Assembly (NCBI GenBank): GCA_963740315.1
Contig: CAVUDP010000002.1
Location: forward strand, 2,944,001 to 3,008,000
Length of the DNA stretch: 64,000 nt
Source: an uncultured cyanobacterium
Lineage (GTDB): Bacteria > Cyanobacteriota > Cyanobacteriia > Cyanobacteriales > Nostocaceae
Direction of reading: 5' to 3'
The notes under the pieces were generated by a model. It was not told where the DNA came from. It made no database searches and saw only the letters and a program-made list of their open reading frames with translations. The first letter of the stretch is position 1, and the number at the start of each line of letters is the position of its first letter. Shown here piece after piece: positions 61,411 to 64,000 of the stretch. The translations under genes were made by a program, and so were the position numbers.

Positions 61411-62643
61411 ATGAGTATCATCCAACCGAAGAAGCTTTTATCGGTGCCAAGCGGTTCTTTACGGATTCCCGGATTGCCACCGATCGCTGTTGGGAATCAA
61501 AGCATTTTGTTTTCATTGATTATTCCTACTTACCTTGAAGCCGGTAATATCAATAAAATCGTTAGAACATTAAGTAGCTTGCTCGATGAAAGCATACCCG
61601 GAGATTACGAACTAATTATCGTTGATGATAATAGCCCGGATGGTACTTGGGAAGTTGCCTTGTCTATGATGTCAGAATTTCCGCAGTTGCGAGTGATGCG
61701 GCGCGAAAAAGAACGGGGACTTTCTTCGGCAGTAATTCGTGGATGGCAAAATGCTAGAGGACGAATATTAGCTGTAATTGATGGAGATTTGCAGCATCCA
61801 CCCCACATACTGTTGCAACTGATAAGTGCTATTGAAAAAGGAACAGACTTAGCGGTTGCTAGTCGTCATGTTGAAGGTGGCGGGGTAAGTAGCTGGAGTT
61901 TTATTCGGCGTTTGTTATCCCGTGGCGCTCAGATGCTGGGGTTACTAATTTTACCACGAGTTACGGGTAGAGTTTCCGATCCGATGAGCGGTTATTTTAT
62001 GGTGCGTCGTAGCTGCGTAGAAGATATAACTTTTAATCCCATTGGCTATAAAATTCTGTTAGAAGTTTTAGGAAGAGGAAGAATAAACCAAATCGCTGAA
62101 GTGGGTTATGTATTTTGCGAACGTCAAGATGGAGAAAGCAAAGTGAGTTGGAAGCATTATGTTGACTATATTCGTCACTTACTTAGGTTGCGTTTTTCCT
62201 CGGATGTAGAATTGAGCCAGCGTTGGGGTTTTCCCATCGGCAAATTCATTCGCTTCGGTTTGGTGGGTTTAAGTGGAGTATTCGTAGATATGACAATACT
62301 TTATTTACTTAGCGATCCGAATACTTTAGCTTTGCCTTTAACTCGCAGTAAAATTATTGCAGGAGAAATAGCTATTTGTAATAATTTCTTGTGGAATGAC
62401 GCTTGGACTTTTGCCGAAGTAGCGATGCAGCAAAAAGGATGGCGACAGCGGTTGAAGCGATTCTTGAAATTTAATATTATTTGTTTGGCAGGATTGGTAA
62501 TCAATGTGTTGGTGTTGAATTTAGTATTTAATTTTGTAATTTCCAATCGTTACATCGCTAATTTAATTGCCATTGCTGTGGCTACCGTATGGAATTTTTG
62601 GGTAAATCTTAAGCTAAGTTGGCGGGTAACGCAGGTAAAGTAA
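61411..62643 (+). CDS. Polyprenol-phosphate glycosyltransferase (GT2, DPM1-like) fused to a GtrA flippase domain
   Basis: IIPTYLE, VDDNSPDGT, IDGDLQHPP, SDPMSGYF; C-terminal GtrA (RFGLVG, NNFLWNDAWTF). Confidence 0.92.
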   Translation: MSIIQPKKLLSVPSGSLRIPGLPPIAVGNQSILFSLIIPTYLEAGNINKIVRTLSSLLDESIPGDYELIIVDDNSPDGTWEVALSMMSEFPQLRVMRREKERGLSSAVIRGWQNARGRILAVIDGDLQHPPHILLQLISAIEKGTDLAVASRHVEGGGVSSWSFIRRLLSRGAQMLGLLILPRVTGRVSDPMSGYFMVRRSCVEDITFNPIGYKILLEVLGRGRINQIAEVGYVFCERQDGESKVSWKHYVDYIRHLLRLRFSSDVELSQRWGFPIGKFIRFGLVGLSGVFVDMTILYLLSDPNTLALPLTRSKIIAGEIAICNNFLWNDAWTFAEVAMQQKGWRQRLKRFLKFNIICLAGLVINVLVLNLVFNFVISNRYIANLIAIAVATVWNFWVNLKLSWRVTQVK

Positions 62644-62735
62644 ATAAATAGGGAATAGGGAATAGGAAATTGGGAATTGGGAGTAGAAAATACAACAATG
62701 ATTTCTTTAAAAAAAAAAGAATTTTCATTCAGGTA

Positions 62736-64000
62736 ATGCTTTTACTGATATGGATATCAGTTGGTACCGTTTTACGCTTCACCAATTTGACTAGTAAACC
62801 TCTTTGGATTGATGAATTTGCGACAATAATTTTTAGCTTGGGCAATAGTTTTCAAACAGTACCGTTAAATCAAGTTATAAGTATTGATGTTTTATTGCAG
62901 CCCCTACAAATTAGTCCAAATTTTGGTGTCAAAGATGTAGTGCAAAGAATACTCACCGAAGATATTCATCCGCCGCTTTATTTTGTCTTGTCCCATTGGT
63001 GGATATTATGGTCAAAACAAGATTTAATATTTGCAGCACGTAGTATTAGTGCGATATTTGGTATTGCTTCGATTCCATCAGTTTATGGGTTAGCATGGCT
63101 GAGTTTTCGTTCTTCTTTAATAGCTCAGCTAGCTGCTGCATTTATGGCGGTGTCTCCCTACGGCATTTTTTTATCTCAAGAAGCCCGTCATTACACTTTA
63201 GGAACTCTATGGGTAATTGCTTCGCTGTGTTGTTTGGTTGTTGCAGTGCGCCGCATTCAACAGCAACAGCCTTTACCAATTGTTTTTGCCGTCTTTTGGT
63301 TTATTGTTAACGCATTGGGAATCTCAACTCATTACTTTTTCAGTCTTATTCTTTGTGGTGAAGCCATAGTTTTGATGAAATATTGGCTTAACCCCAAATC
63401 TAAAATTACAAACTTAAAATTGTGGTGGACTATTTACGCCGCAGTTATCGGTACAATCGGTACTGGTTTATTTTGGTTAAATTTATTTTTATATAATCGT
63501 AATACCGGAAAATTAACCCAGTGGATAAAAAATAGCGATCGCAGTTTTTTAGATTTCTTCAACCCAATATTTCAAGCAATAGCAGGCTGGATTACAATGA
63601 TTTCTTTGCTGCCAGTTGAATCATCGCAGCTTGCAGTGGTAATTGCTTCTGGATTTGCAATGTTAATTTATTTTATCTGGGCAATACCAATTTTATTTCG
63701 TAATTTTAAAATTCAGTATTCATCACCTCAAAATCATCTGATGACTCAGACATTTACTGGTGTTCTGTTGTCGGTAATTGCCTTATTTTTTATTATTACT
63801 TATTTCTTTGGCATTGATATTACTAGAGGCGCTCGCTACAACTTTGTTTATTTTCCTGTTGTAATACTACTTGTGGGAGTAATTCTTGCTGCTTGCTGGC
63901 ATCAAAATACCTTTACTAGTCCAGCTTTTTCTCAATTGAAAACTAATGGTAAAACTGCTGTAACTCTAATGTGGGTGATGGGATTATTGAGTGGAATTAC
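62736..64000 (+). CDS. GT-C membrane glycosyltransferase (GT39/ArnT-like), runs off window end
   Basis: Manual translation: LRFTNLTSKPLWIDE, DIHPPLYF, SPYGIFLSQEARHY; an upstream ATG at 62698 is out of frame across an A10 tract. Confidence 0.85.
   Translation, partial: MLLLIWISVGTVLRFTNLTSKPLWIDEFATIIFSLGNSFQTVPLNQVISIDVLLQPLQISPNFGVKDVVQRILTEDIHPPLYFVLSHWWILWSKQDLIFAARSISAIFGIASIPSVYGLAWLSFRSSLIAQLAAAFMAVSPYGIFLSQEARHYTLGTLWVIASLCCLVVAVRRIQQQQPLPIVFAVFWFIVNALGISTHYFFSLILCGEAIVLMKYWLNPKSKITNLKLWWTIYAAVIGTIGTGLFWLNLFLYNRNTGKLTQWIKNSDRSFLDFFNPIFQAIAGWITMISLLPVESSQLAVVIASGFAMLIYFIWAIPILFRNFKIQYSSPQNHLMTQTFTGVLLSVIALFFIITYFFGIDITRGARYNFVYFPVVILLVGVILAACWHQNTFTSPAFSQLKTNGKTAVTLMWVMGLLSGI

Overview
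This is core chromosomal DNA of an AT-rich, heterocyst-type filamentous cyanobacterium (Nostocales; Rivulariaceae-like is a guess). Support: dense HIP1 octamers (GCGATCGC), heptamer STRR arrays in most intergenic gaps, and devH, pacR/ycf30, trxC, ndhF1/ndhD1, psb27 and cofH. Housekeeping genes include hrcA, recF, polA and a P2A-type ATPase. There is a metal-homeostasis locus: a Tat-exported two-domain multicopper oxidase, a lipoprotein, a heme-less Bfr-like ferritin, an FTR1 permease and a second ferritin paralog, with a Fur-type box upstream. It is divergent from a nikMN-Q-O ECF transporter preceded by an InrS/CsoR-like operator. Features missing from the ORF track include a Yfr2-type sRNA with a near-consensus promoter, a frameshifted transglutaminase gene, and gene remnants (VOC, PEP-CTERM/XDP2-like, Uma2). 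There are also two MITE-like elements, a 21-nt insert splitting a HIP1 site, a minisatellite grown from a REP-like palindrome, and a hypothetical gene with a LexA-like box between identical direct repeats. Candidate under-described systems are a Zn-ribbon Ser/Thr kinase with two orphan membrane-anchored PstS-like proteins, a solo Cas4/AddB-like Fe-S nuclease, and a baeRF protein with a GGSQ loop. No rRNA, tRNA, CRISPR array or intact transposase was seen. Family names come from motif recognition, not database searches.
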